Below are positions 51,436-60,201 of a stretch of DNA of 64,000 nucleotides, piece after piece (position 1 is the first letter of the stretch; each line of letters opens with the position of its first letter). This stretch comes from Actinomycetes bacterium. GTDB lineage: Bacteria > Actinomycetota > Actinomycetes > Prado026. The notes beneath the pieces are model-generated. The model did no database searches. It saw only the letters and a program-made list of their open reading frames with translations, and was not told the DNA's origin. The position numbers and the translations under genes were made by a program. The DNA lies in NCBI GenBank assembly GCA_038210415.1, contig JBBQWS010000009.1, positions 14,267-78,266 of the forward strand. The letters run 5' to 3'.

Positions 51436-52992
51436 GTGCCCCGCGGTGACGGTCTGCTCAACCACGACCTCCTCCCCAACGAGAAGGGTCCGCAGGATGC
51501 CTGCGGCGTCTTCGGCGTCTGGGCTCCCGGCGAGGAGGTCGCCAAGCTCACCTACTTCGGCCTCTACGCGCTGCAGCACCGGGGCCAGGAGTCTGCCGGC
51601 ATCGCGGTCAGCAACGGCAGCCAGATCCTCGTCTACAAGGACATGGGCCTGGTGGCCCAGGTGTTCGACGAGTCCCACCTGAACGCCCTCACCGGGCACC
51701 TCGCCGTCGGCCACTGCCGATACTCGACCTCCGGCTCGAGTGTCTGGGAGAACGCCCAGCCGACCTTCCGGGCCACCGCCACCGGCTCGATCGCGTTGGG
51801 GCACAACGGAAACCTGACCAACACCGGCGAGCTCGCCCGCCTGGTCGCCGAGTTGACCGAGGCTCGGGGCGAGCTGCGCCTGCAGGGCGCACCCCCCATC
51901 CGGTCGACGAGCGACACCGATCTGCTGACCACCTTGCTGGCGTCGCACCCGGACGTCTCACTCGAGGTCGCCGCGGTCGAGGTTCTACCGAGCCTGCGCG
52001 GTGCGTACTCTCTGGTCTGGATGGACGAGAGCACCCTGTACGCCGCCCGCGACCCGCAGGGGATCCGCCCGCTCGTGCTCGGCAAGCTCGAGCGCGGCTG
52101 GGTGGTCGCGTCCGAGACGGCCGCCCTCGACATCGTGGGGGCCTCGTTCGTCCGCGAGGTCGAGCCCGGGGAGCTTCTGGCCATCGACGAGCACGGCCTG
52201 CGTTCGTCGCGGTTCGCGCCCGCGGAGCCCAAGGGCTGCTTGTTCGAGTACGTCTACCTCGCCCGCCCCGACACCACGATCAGCGGGCGCAACACGCACA
52301 CGGCCCGGGTCGAGATGGGGCGTCGGCTGGCCCGCGAGGCGCCGGTCGAGGCCGACCTCGTGATCCCGGTGCCCGAGTCGGGCACCCCGGCCGCTGTCGG
52401 CTACAGCCAGGAGTCCGGCATCCCGTTCGGTCAGGGCCTGGTCAAGAACTCCTACGTCGGGCGCACGTTCATCCAGCCCTCCCAGACGATCCGGCAGCTC
52501 GGCATCCGGCTCAAGCTGAACCCGCTGCGCGAGGTCATCGCCGGCAAGCGGCTCGTGGTCGTCGACGACTCGATCGTGCGCGGCAACACCCAGCGGGCGC
52601 TCGTCCGCATGCTGCGCGAGGCCGGGGCGGCTGAGGTCCACGTCCGCATCTCGTCGCCTCCGGTGAAGTGGCCCTGCTTCTACGGCATCGACTTCGCCTC
52701 GCCCGCCGAGCTCGTCGCGAACGGGCTCACGGTCGACGAGATCCGGCAGTCGATCGGTGCCGACTCGCTCGCGTACATCTCGCTCGAGGAGCTGATCGAG
52801 GCCACCACGATTCCGGCCGACAAGCTGTGCCGGGCCTGCTTCGACGGCGTCTACCCGGTCGAGCTTCCCGAGCCGGAGTTCCTCGGCAAGCACCTGCTCG
52901 AGGGGATCGAACGTTCGGTGACCAAAGAGGTCGAGGGGCTGGCGAACCTCGTCGGCGGGGGCGGCGCGGCCGACGCGTTGACCCGCCCGTGA
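51436..52992 (+). CDS. purF: amidophosphoribosyltransferase
   Basis: Nucleophile context DACGVFGV and PRTase loop VVVDDSIVRGNT. Confidence 0.95.
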   Translation: MPRGDGLLNHDLLPNEKGPQDACGVFGVWAPGEEVAKLTYFGLYALQHRGQESAGIAVSNGSQILVYKDMGLVAQVFDESHLNALTGHLAVGHCRYSTSGSSVWENAQPTFRATATGSIALGHNGNLTNTGELARLVAELTEARGELRLQGAPPIRSTSDTDLLTTLLASHPDVSLEVAAVEVLPSLRGAYSLVWMDESTLYAARDPQGIRPLVLGKLERGWVVASETAALDIVGASFVREVEPGELLAIDEHGLRSSRFAPAEPKGCLFEYVYLARPDTTISGRNTHTARVEMGRRLAREAPVEADLVIPVPESGTPAAVGYSQESGIPFGQGLVKNSYVGRTFIQPSQTIRQLGIRLKLNPLREVIAGKRLVVVDDSIVRGNTQRALVRMLREAGAAEVHVRISSPPVKWPCFYGIDFASPAELVANGLTVDEIRQSIGADSLAYISLEELIEATTIPADKLCRACFDGVYPVELPEPEFLGKHLLEGIERSVTKEVEGLANLVGGGGAADALTRP

Positions 52993-54083
52993 GTGGTTCG
53001 TACGCAGCGGCAGGGGTCGACGTCGAGGCGGGCGAGCGCGCCGTCGAGCTGATGAAGGCGTCGATCGCGGCGGCCCAGCGCCCTGAGGTGGTCGGCGACT
53101 TCGGTGGCTTCGCCGGCTTGTTCGACGCCAGCGCCCTGAAGACCTATCGCCGCCCGCTGCTGGCCACCTCCACCGACGGCGTCGGTACCAAGGTCGCCGT
53201 CGCGCAGCGGATGGACGTCCACGACACCATCGGCATCGACCTGGTCGCGATGGTCGTCGACGACCTCGTGGTGTGCGGCGCCGAGCCGCTGTTCATGACC
53301 GACTACATCGCGACCGGCAAGGTCCATCCCGAGCGGATCGCGGCCATCGTGCGCGGTATCGCCGAGGGCTGTCGGCAGGCGGGCTGCGCCCTCGTCGGCG
53401 GCGAGACGGCCGAGCACCCGGGCCTGCTCGCTCCGGACGAGTACGACGTGGCGGGCGCGGGCACCGGGGTTGTCGAGGCCGACGAGCTGTTGGGGGCCGC
53501 CCGGGTCCGCGCCGGCGACGTCGTCATCGCGATGCGCTCGAGCGGCCTGCACTCCAACGGCTACTCGCTGGCCCGGCACGTGCTGCTCACAACGGCCGGG
53601 CTGGACCTCGACCGGACCGTCGACGAGCTCGGGCGCACCCTCGGCGAGGAGCTGTTGACGCCGACGCGCATCTACGCCCTCGACTGCCTCGACCTCGCCC
53701 GTGACGACTCCATCGACGTGCATGCGTTCAGCCACCTCACCGGCGGCGGGCTCGCGGCCAACATCGCGCGGGTTCTGCCCGTGCACCTCGCGGTTGACGT
53801 GGACCGGTCGACCTGGGAGCCACACGCGATCTTCGACCTGATCGGCCGCACCGGCAGCGTGCCGCGGGCCGAGCTCGAGCGCACCTTCAACCAAGGCATC
53901 GGCATGGTGGCGGTGGTGGCCGCAGGGTCCGCCGACGCCACGCTTGAGCGGCTGGCCGCGCGTGGGGTGCCGGCCTGGGTGTGCGGAACCGTGCGCGAAC
54001 GCGCCGCTGACGAGCACGGGGACGCCGAGGCCAAAGGCGGAGCGGGTGGTGCGGTCACGTTGGTGGGCGACCACCGCCGCTGA
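52989..54083 (+). CDS. purM: phosphoribosylformylglycinamidine cyclo-ligase
   Basis: GTG 52989 overlaps the purF stop (GTGA). Motifs SYAAAGVDVEAGE and DGVGTK. Confidence 0.94.
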   Translation: MSGSYAAAGVDVEAGERAVELMKASIAAAQRPEVVGDFGGFAGLFDASALKTYRRPLLATSTDGVGTKVAVAQRMDVHDTIGIDLVAMVVDDLVVCGAEPLFMTDYIATGKVHPERIAAIVRGIAEGCRQAGCALVGGETAEHPGLLAPDEYDVAGAGTGVVEADELLGAARVRAGDVVIAMRSSGLHSNGYSLARHVLLTTAGLDLDRTVDELGRTLGEELLTPTRIYALDCLDLARDDSIDVHAFSHLTGGGLAANIARVLPVHLAVDVDRSTWEPHAIFDLIGRTGSVPRAELERTFNQGIGMVAVVAAGSADATLERLAARGVPAWVCGTVRERAADEHGDAEAKGGAGGAVTLVGDHRR

Positions 54084-54107
54084 CGCGCGGCGCGGATCGT
54101 CAGAGGT

Positions 54108-54317
54108 TCAGTCCTCGAGCTCGTCGTCCTCGACGACGTACTTCGCGTACGGATCGTCCAGCTCGTCCTCCGCCGGCGCCGATTCGGCGACCTTGCGGTC
54201 GCTCGGACGGTCGCCGGCGAGCTCTGCGCGAAGTGCATTCAGATCGGTTCCCGCGGTGCTGTACTTCAGCTCGCGGGCCACCTTGGTCTGCTTCGCCTTG
54301 GCCCGGCCGCGCCCCAT
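54108..54317 (-). CDS. DUF3073-like small protein
   Basis: 69 aa beginning MGRGRAKAKQTKVARELKY, with an acidic C-terminus. The family name comes from memory. Confidence 0.75.
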   Translation of the reverse strand: MGRGRAKAKQTKVARELKYSTAGTDLNALRAELAGDRPSDRKVAESAPAEDELDDPYAKYVVEDDELED

Positions 54318-54376
54318 GGCTCGACCCCCTCTTACGGAGCGCGTGCTCCGGTCGGCAACACGATGTCTTCACTGCT

Positions 54377-54402
54377 GGATGCTCACTGCACTGAGTGCAT
54401 CC
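54377..54402. promoter_or_regulatory. imperfect 26-nt palindrome upstream of the DUF3073-like gene
   Basis: GGATGCTCACTGCACTGAGTGCATCC. The outer 6 bp are a perfect match (GGATGC/GCATCC) and 9 of 12 positions pair. It lies 60 nt upstream of the start codon. Confidence 0.25.
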
Positions 54403-54431
54403 TAAGGTACGCGCGGCCGGTCTCGCATCGG

Positions 54432-55544
54432 TCAACCTGGCAGGGTCGGCGCGGCGGCCAGGCCGGGGAACAGGGTGCCGGCCCACGGTCCGGCGGCCAT
54501 CCGGGCCTCGGCCAGCTGCTCCGCGGCATGGACCGGCAGCACGTCGTGTTCGACCGCGGCGGCGAGCAGGTCGCGCGTGGTCGCGTAGATGCCGCCGGCC
54601 AGCGTCCGGGCCCGTTCCGGCGAGTAGCCCCGCAGCTCGTCGGCGACCTGGATCACTCCGCCGGCGTTGACGACGAAGTCCGGGGCGAAGAGGATGCCGC
54701 GGGCCGCGAGCATGGCTGCGACGCCGGGGTGGCTGAGCTGGTTGTTGGCCGCGCCGCAGACGATCTCGGCCTGGAGCACTCCGGCGACGTCGTCGGTTAA
54801 TGCGCCGCCGAGCGCGCACGGCGCGTAGACGTCCAGCGCCAGGCGGATGAGCGCGTCGGCGTCGGGTACGTCCGCCACCTCCGGGTGTTCCGCCCACAGG
54901 CGCTGCACGGCCGCTGGGTCGACGTCGGTCACGGTGACCTCGGCTCCGTCGGCGAGCAGGTGCCCGACGAGGTGGGTGCCGACCTTCCCGACACCGCAGA
55001 CCCCCACGTGGCGGCCCGTCAGGCTGGGGTTGCCCCAGCGCGCCTCGGCGGCGGCCCGCATGCCCTGGAACAGCCCGAACGCGGTGAGCAGGCTGGAGTC
55101 GCCGCAACCGCCGTTCGCCACGGACCGGCCGGTCACCCAGCGGCAGACGCTCGCGATCTCGTCCATGTCGGCGACCTGGGTGCCGGCGTCGGCGGCCGTG
55201 ACGTAGCGGCCGTTCAGGGCCTCGACGAACCGGCCATAGGCGTGGAGCAGGGCCGGCTTGCGCCGGGTCGCCGGGTCGCCGATGATTACCGCCTTACCGC
55301 CGCCGTGCGGCAGCCCGGCCAACGCGTTCTTGTACGACATCGCGCGCGCGAGCCGCAATGCGTCGGCGAGAGCCTCGCCCTCGCTGGCGTACGGCTGGAA
55401 CCGGGTGCCGCCGAGAGCGGCGCCGAGGGCGGTGCTGTGAATCGCGACGTACGCCACCAGCCCCGAACGCGCGTCGGAACAACGAACCACCTGCTCGTGC
55501 GCCGAACCGTCGAGCTGGTCGGTGATGACGAGCGATTGACTCAT
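54432..55544 (-). CDS. vdh: Leu/Phe/Val dehydrogenase family (valine dehydrogenase-like)
   Basis: 370 aa. Active-site Lys context PHGGGKAVI and Rossmann motif GVGKVG. Confidence 0.85.
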   Translation of the reverse strand: MSQSLVITDQLDGSAHEQVVRCSDARSGLVAYVAIHSTALGAALGGTRFQPYASEGEALADALRLARAMSYKNALAGLPHGGGKAVIIGDPATRRKPALLHAYGRFVEALNGRYVTAADAGTQVADMDEIASVCRWVTGRSVANGGCGDSSLLTAFGLFQGMRAAAEARWGNPSLTGRHVGVCGVGKVGTHLVGHLLADGAEVTVTDVDPAAVQRLWAEHPEVADVPDADALIRLALDVYAPCALGGALTDDVAGVLQAEIVCGAANNQLSHPGVAAMLAARGILFAPDFVVNAGGVIQVADELRGYSPERARTLAGGIYATTRDLLAAAVEHDVLPVHAAEQLAEARMAAGPWAGTLFPGLAAAPTLPG

Positions 55545-55760
55545 GGCTCAACCCTAGGCCTGCCGCCGAGCCCGCGATGGTCACCCGGATGGCCCAGTCG
55601 AACCACTTGCTGTGCGGATCGGGCCACTCTCACTAGCCTGTCTGGGCCATGCCGGGCCACCTTTCTGAACCATTTCGGACAACAGGGACGGACCGGGATC
55701 ATGTGAACCGGTCGTCGCAGGGGCGATCGCTTGTGCGTGCGACGAAGGGGCGGTACGACC

Positions 55761-55970
55761 GTGACCTCCCGAATGCCCGATGCTGAGCCGCTGCTCACCC
55801 CGTCGGAGGTGGCTGCCATGTTCCGGGTCGACCCGAAGACGGTCACCCGCTGGGCCAAAGCGGGCAAGCTCACCTCGATCCGTACGCTCGGCGGTCACCG
55901 CAGGTATCGCGAGGCCGAGGTCCGTTCGCTGCTGGCCGGCGCCCCGGAGGACTCCGCCGACGCCGAGTAG
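55761..55970 (+). CDS. bldC: BldC-like MerR/excisionase-family small DNA-binding protein
   Basis: PDAEPLLTPSEVAAMFRVDPKTVTRWAKAGKLTSIRTLGGHRRYREAEVRSLLAG is nearly identical to the Streptomyces BldC core as I remember it. The GTG 55761 start gives 69 aa. Confidence 0.85.
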   Translation: MTSRMPDAEPLLTPSEVAAMFRVDPKTVTRWAKAGKLTSIRTLGGHRRYREAEVRSLLAGAPEDSADAE

Positions 55971-56046
55971 CCCGGCTGGTCGATGGGGTGTGGGTGGGTT
56001 CCGCGATCTGACCCTCCGGGCAGCGTGGCGATGGTTCACTGGGCAC

Positions 56047-57072
56047 ATGCTCCCGTGGGACGCCCCCCTGCGCGGTCGCCTGGACCGCTCGGTGATCGAC
56101 TCCGTGCTGCTCAGGGGTAACCCGCTCGGCGACCCCACGGAGCGGCCGCTGTGGGTCTACGTCCCGCCGGGGTACGACGACGACGGTGTGCGCTACCCGT
56201 CGGTCTACGTGATCCAGGGCTACACCGGGCAGGTGACGATGTGGGCCAACCGGGACGCCTACCGGCAGTCGTTCGTCGAGACCGCGGACGCCCTGTTCGC
56301 CTCGGGGGCGGCGCCCGGATGCATCGTCGTCTACGTCGACGCCTGGACGGCTTACGGCGGTTCGCAGTTCGTGGACTCACCGGGCACCGGCGCCTACCAC
56401 TCGTACCTCTGCGACGAGGTCGTCCCCTGGGTCGACGCGCGCTACCGCACTCTCGATGACCGCGAGTCGCGGGCGATCTCGGGCAAGTCGTCGGGTGGCT
56501 TCGGTGCGATGATCACCCCGATGCTGCGGCCAGACCTGTTCGGCGCGCTCGCGACGCACGCCGGCGACGCGCTGTACGAGCTGTGCTACGTGCCCGAGTT
56601 CGGGCAGGCCGTGCGGTTCCTGCGCGACTATGACGGCGACATCCAGCGGTGGTGGGCCGACTTCCGGTCGCGGACGTCGTTCACAAAACCGGCCGACGAG
56701 GTGCTGCTGATGATGCTCGGGGTCTCCGGGTGCTTCTCGGCGGCGGCCGACGGCACTCCGGTGCTGCCCTTCGACCCGCTGACCGGCGTGCTGCGGCCCG
56801 ACGTCTGGCAGCGGTGGCTCGACTGGGACCCGGTGCGGATGGTCGAGTCCCACGCGGAGGCTGTGCGGTCGCTGCGCGCCGTCTGGATCGACGCGGGCGT
56901 GCGCGACGAATGGTTTCTCGACGTGGGGGCACAAGCCTTCCGCGCCGAGCTTGCTCGGGTCGGCCTGGCCGACGATCGGGTGCAGTTCGAGTTGTTCGAT
57001 GCGGCTCACGGTGGCATCGGGTATCGGTACCCGATGGCGTTGTCGTGGCTGGCCCACCGGCTGGCCCGCTAG
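56047..57072 (+). CDS. esterase family protein (enterochelin-esterase / esterase D-like)
   Basis: ATG 56047, with an alternative GTG at 55990. Motifs YPSVYVIQGYTG and nucleophile elbow GKSSGG (GxSxG). Confidence 0.75.
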   Translation: MLPWDAPLRGRLDRSVIDSVLLRGNPLGDPTERPLWVYVPPGYDDDGVRYPSVYVIQGYTGQVTMWANRDAYRQSFVETADALFASGAAPGCIVVYVDAWTAYGGSQFVDSPGTGAYHSYLCDEVVPWVDARYRTLDDRESRAISGKSSGGFGAMITPMLRPDLFGALATHAGDALYELCYVPEFGQAVRFLRDYDGDIQRWWADFRSRTSFTKPADEVLLMMLGVSGCFSAAADGTPVLPFDPLTGVLRPDVWQRWLDWDPVRMVESHAEAVRSLRAVWIDAGVRDEWFLDVGAQAFRAELARVGLADDRVQFELFDAAHGGIGYRYPMALSWLAHRLAR

Positions 57073-57088
57073 CGAGGGGAATCGGCAG

Positions 57089-59128
57089 ATGCGTGCTCAG
57101 GGGTGGGGGCCGAGAAGGTTGCGGGCTGGTGCGGTGTTGGCGGCGACGGCCTTGGGGCTCGGCGTGGTCGTGGCGGGGCCTTCCGTGGCGCAGGCGGCCG
57201 TCAGCGGCACTGCGTGGACGGTCGGTGCGGGCGTCAACGGTCAGCTCGGCACCGGCTCCACCGCGAACCGAGCGGCCTTCGGATCGGTACCCGGGTTCAC
57301 CGACGTGACCGAGGTGTCCGGTGGCCGGGAGCACGTGCTGGCCCTCGACGGCTCCGGCCAGGTCTGGGCCTGGGGCGACGGGCCGATGGGCGAGCTCGGG
57401 TACGGCGGCACCGCCGACAAGCTCAGCCCGACGCGGGTGCCGGGCATCTCGACAGCCGTACAGGTCGCCGCTGGCCACTACCACTCGTTGGCGCTGCTCG
57501 CCGACGGAACCGTACGGGCCTGGGGCTACAACGGTTTCGGCCAGCTGGGTGACGGCTCGACCTCCAACCGGTCCAGCCCGGTGACGGTCTCGGGCCTCAC
57601 CGGGGTCGTCGAGGTCTCCGGTGGGCGGGACCTCAGCATGGCGCTCAAGGCGGACGGGACGGTGTGGGCCTGGGGCAGCGACGTCAACGGCGAGCTGGGC
57701 GACGGTGCCCACACCAACCGGTCGACTCCGGTGCGCGTGGACAGCCTGACCTCGGTCGTCCACATCGTCACCGGTCGCAACCACGGGTTGGCCGTGAAGT
57801 CCGACGGCTCGGTCTGGGCGTGGGGACTCAACGCCTCCGGCCAGCTGGGCAACGGCACGAAGGTGTCGCAGGCCCTCCCGGTGCGCGCGACGGGGATCAC
57901 CAACGCGGTCGAGGTCGCAGCAGGGGCGGACGACAGCCTCGCCCTGCTGGCCGACGGCAGTGTCATGTCGTGGGGCGAGGCCGGCCGCGGGCAGCTCGGC
58001 TCCGGCTCGACCACCGACCGGGTGCTTCCCGGCGACGTCGCGGGTCTCCCGCCGGTCGCGTCGCTCGACTCCGGTCGCGACCACACCTTGGCCGTCACGA
58101 CGACGGGCCAGCTGTGGGACTGGGGCTTCGACGACGCCGGCCAGCTCGGCGACGGCTCGACCGCGAATCAGCTGACGCCGCAACGGATTCCTGGCATCGA
58201 CGACGCGGTCGAGGCTTCCGGCGGGCGCAACTACACCGTGCTCCTGAGGGGTTCGGCGACCCCGCCCGACACCGTCGCCCCGACCGTACCGGGCCGACCG
58301 TCGGCGACGAGCACGAGCGCCGGCCGGGTCGACCTGAGCTGGGCGGCGTCGACCGACGACCATGCCACCACGATCACGTACCTGGTGTTCAGGGACGGTG
58401 GGGCCGGGGCCGTGGGCACCGTGTCGAGCGGCTCGACCGGTCAGGTCGGCTGGGCGGACACCGGGCTCGCGGGCGGCAGCGTCCATACGTACACCGTCTC
58501 CGCCTCGGACGGTACGAACACGAGTGATCCGTCCGCGGCGTCGGATCCCGTGACCGTGGCCTCGGGCGGGGGCAACGACCTGTTCTCGGACGGCTTCGAC
58601 GCTGGTCTCGCGGGCTGGGGCACGGTCAACAACCTGGTGCTGGACAACGGTTCCGCGCCGCCGACGGGCACCGCCCCGAGCGTTCGGGCGACGATGGCCA
58701 ACCAGCCGGGCTACGCGTCCCGAGCCCTGTCAGCGGGAGAGCCCTCGGTCTGCACCGCGGTGAGCGTCCGGGTCTCCGCGTTGCCGCTCACGGGCACGAC
58801 CGTGAACTTCGTACGGTTGCGCACCGCTGCGAACGTTGCCATCGCACGGGTGTACGTCACGTCGGCGGGCAAGCTTTCCGTGCGCAGTGATGCCTCTGCG
58901 ACGACGTTCACGACGACCGCGACGCTGCTGGTCGGCCAGTGGCGCGTGGTGCGGCTGTGCACCACGGTGGGGACCGTCGGCTCGGTGTCGCTCTCGCTCG
59001 ACGGCGCGCTGGTCAAGTCCTGGGCGACGGGTACGGGGACGACGCCGATCGGCGTGGTCCAGATCGGTGAGGACGGCGCCCGGACCGCGGTGGTCAACTA
59101 CGACGACGTCCGAGCCACCCGCTCCTGA
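57089..59128 (+). CDS. secreted RCC1-repeat propeller - fibronectin type III - jelly-roll (LamG/ConA-like) protein
   Basis: ATG 57089 after GAGGGGA. Signal peptide AVLAATALGLGVVVAGPSVAQA. Seven G(Q/E)LG(x)G repeats, an FN3-like segment (VDLSWAAS..YTVSASD), then a ~190-aa beta-rich C-terminal domain. Confidence 0.8.
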   Translation: MRAQGWGPRRLRAGAVLAATALGLGVVVAGPSVAQAAVSGTAWTVGAGVNGQLGTGSTANRAAFGSVPGFTDVTEVSGGREHVLALDGSGQVWAWGDGPMGELGYGGTADKLSPTRVPGISTAVQVAAGHYHSLALLADGTVRAWGYNGFGQLGDGSTSNRSSPVTVSGLTGVVEVSGGRDLSMALKADGTVWAWGSDVNGELGDGAHTNRSTPVRVDSLTSVVHIVTGRNHGLAVKSDGSVWAWGLNASGQLGNGTKVSQALPVRATGITNAVEVAAGADDSLALLADGSVMSWGEAGRGQLGSGSTTDRVLPGDVAGLPPVASLDSGRDHTLAVTTTGQLWDWGFDDAGQLGDGSTANQLTPQRIPGIDDAVEASGGRNYTVLLRGSATPPDTVAPTVPGRPSATSTSAGRVDLSWAASTDDHATTITYLVFRDGGAGAVGTVSSGSTGQVGWADTGLAGGSVHTYTVSASDGTNTSDPSAASDPVTVASGGGNDLFSDGFDAGLAGWGTVNNLVLDNGSAPPTGTAPSVRATMANQPGYASRALSAGEPSVCTAVSVRVSALPLTGTTVNFVRLRTAANVAIARVYVTSAGKLSVRSDASATTFTTTATLLVGQWRVVRLCTTVGTVGSVSLSLDGALVKSWATGTGTTPIGVVQIGEDGARTAVVNYDDVRATRS

Positions 59129-59133
59129 CCCGG

Positions 59134-59297
59134 CCCCCCACCCCAGCCCGCCACAAGGGACCCTCCATGCCACTAGGCGGAGTATCCGTGCCACTCACCA
59201 CGGGGGGCTGACGGCTCTTCGCCGGCGTCGCCGCGCATGACTGACAGGAGACCTCGATCTAGTGGCATGGAGGGTCCCTTGTCGCGGGGGAGGGGGG
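59134..59297. repeat. palindromic intergenic element, copy D (compensated arms)
   Basis: The left inner arm GCCACAAGGGACCCTCCATGCCACTAG (59150-59176) and right inner arm CTAGTGGCATGGAGGGTCCCTTGTCGC (59259-59285) pair at 26 of 27 positions. The core is 82 nt. Confidence 0.9.
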
Positions 59298-59321
59298 CGG
59301 GCGCGGGACGGGGGAGGGGGG

Positions 59322-59696
59322 TCAGGTGAACAGGGCGGAGGCGACTGCGAAGCCGGCGGCGCACCCACCCAGCCCGACGGCGACGCTGCCGATCACGTTC
59401 ACCGTCGCGGCGCCCAGCTGGCCCTGCTCGACGAGCCGCACGGTCTCGAAGCCGAACGTCGAGAAAGTCGTGAACGCACCGCAGAACCCGGCGCCCAGCA
59501 GAGTCAGCGCCCACGAGGGTCCCCGGGTGCCGGCCTCGGCCCCGGCCAGCGCACCGAGCAGGACCGAGCCGGAGGCGTTGACCGCGAACGTGCCCCATGG
59601 GAAGGCGGTGCGGTGCCGCGACTGGACGTAGAGGTCGGCCAGGTACCTCATCGGCGCCCCGACCATCGCCCCGAGGATGACCAGCAGGGCGGTCAT
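59322..59696 (-). CDS. crcB: fluoride channel CrcB
   Basis: 124 aa with four hydrophobic segments and GAFTTFSTF. The ATG overlaps the upstream crcB stop. Confidence 0.88.
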   Translation of the reverse strand: MTALLVILGAMVGAPMRYLADLYVQSRHRTAFPWGTFAVNASGSVLLGALAGAEAGTRGPSWALTLLGAGFCGAFTTFSTFGFETVRLVEQGQLGAATVNVIGSVAVGLGGCAAGFAVASALFT

Positions 59697-60190
59697 CGAA
59701 CGACCAACCGTCGGGTCAGGACCAGTCCGGCGAGCACCGCCGGCAGGCCGACCACCAGCGTCGCCGTGACGTACAGCAGGGCCGTCCCGGCGTGGCCGTC
59801 GGTCAGCAACGACCTGGTGTCGAGCATGTACGTCGAGAACGTCGTGAACCCGCCGAGCACGCCGACCCCCAGGAACGGCCGCAGGTGCCGGTGCCCGGGC
59901 CAGACGTCGGTCACGAAGACCATGAGTACGCCGAGCAGCAGCCCACCCACGACGTTGACGGTGAACGTGGGCCACGGGAACCCGCCGGCAGGGGGCGGCC
60001 AGGCAGTCGCCAGCCCCCAGCGTGCGAGGCTGCCCACGGCGCCGCCACAACCGATGGCCAGCAGCACGTCCCAGCGCGAACGCAGGAGGGCGGCGAGCCG
60101 GGTGCCGAACGGCGGTAGGTCCTCGGGCTCGACATCCGGGTCGATCGGGTACGCGTGCAGCCCGGAGTCGTCGTCGGGTCCAGGGCTCAC
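59693..60190 (-). CDS. crcB: fluoride channel CrcB (second paralogue, with N-terminal extension)
   Basis: Contains GGFTTFSTY. The GTG 60190 start is tentative, and the true start may lie up to ~35 codons downstream. Confidence 0.78.
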   Translation of the reverse strand: MSPGPDDDSGLHAYPIDPDVEPEDLPPFGTRLAALLRSRWDVLLAIGCGGAVGSLARWGLATAWPPPAGGFPWPTFTVNVVGGLLLGVLMVFVTDVWPGHRHLRPFLGVGVLGGFTTFSTYMLDTRSLLTDGHAGTALLYVTATLVVGLPAVLAGLVLTRRLVVR

Positions 60191-60201
60191 GCCGGGCAAC
60201 G

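Noticed and set aside
60100-60201. Fluoride riboswitch upstream of crcB
   Set aside because: Only 11 nt separate the MFS stop from the proposed crcB start, and the sequence shows no crcB-motif elements by eye.
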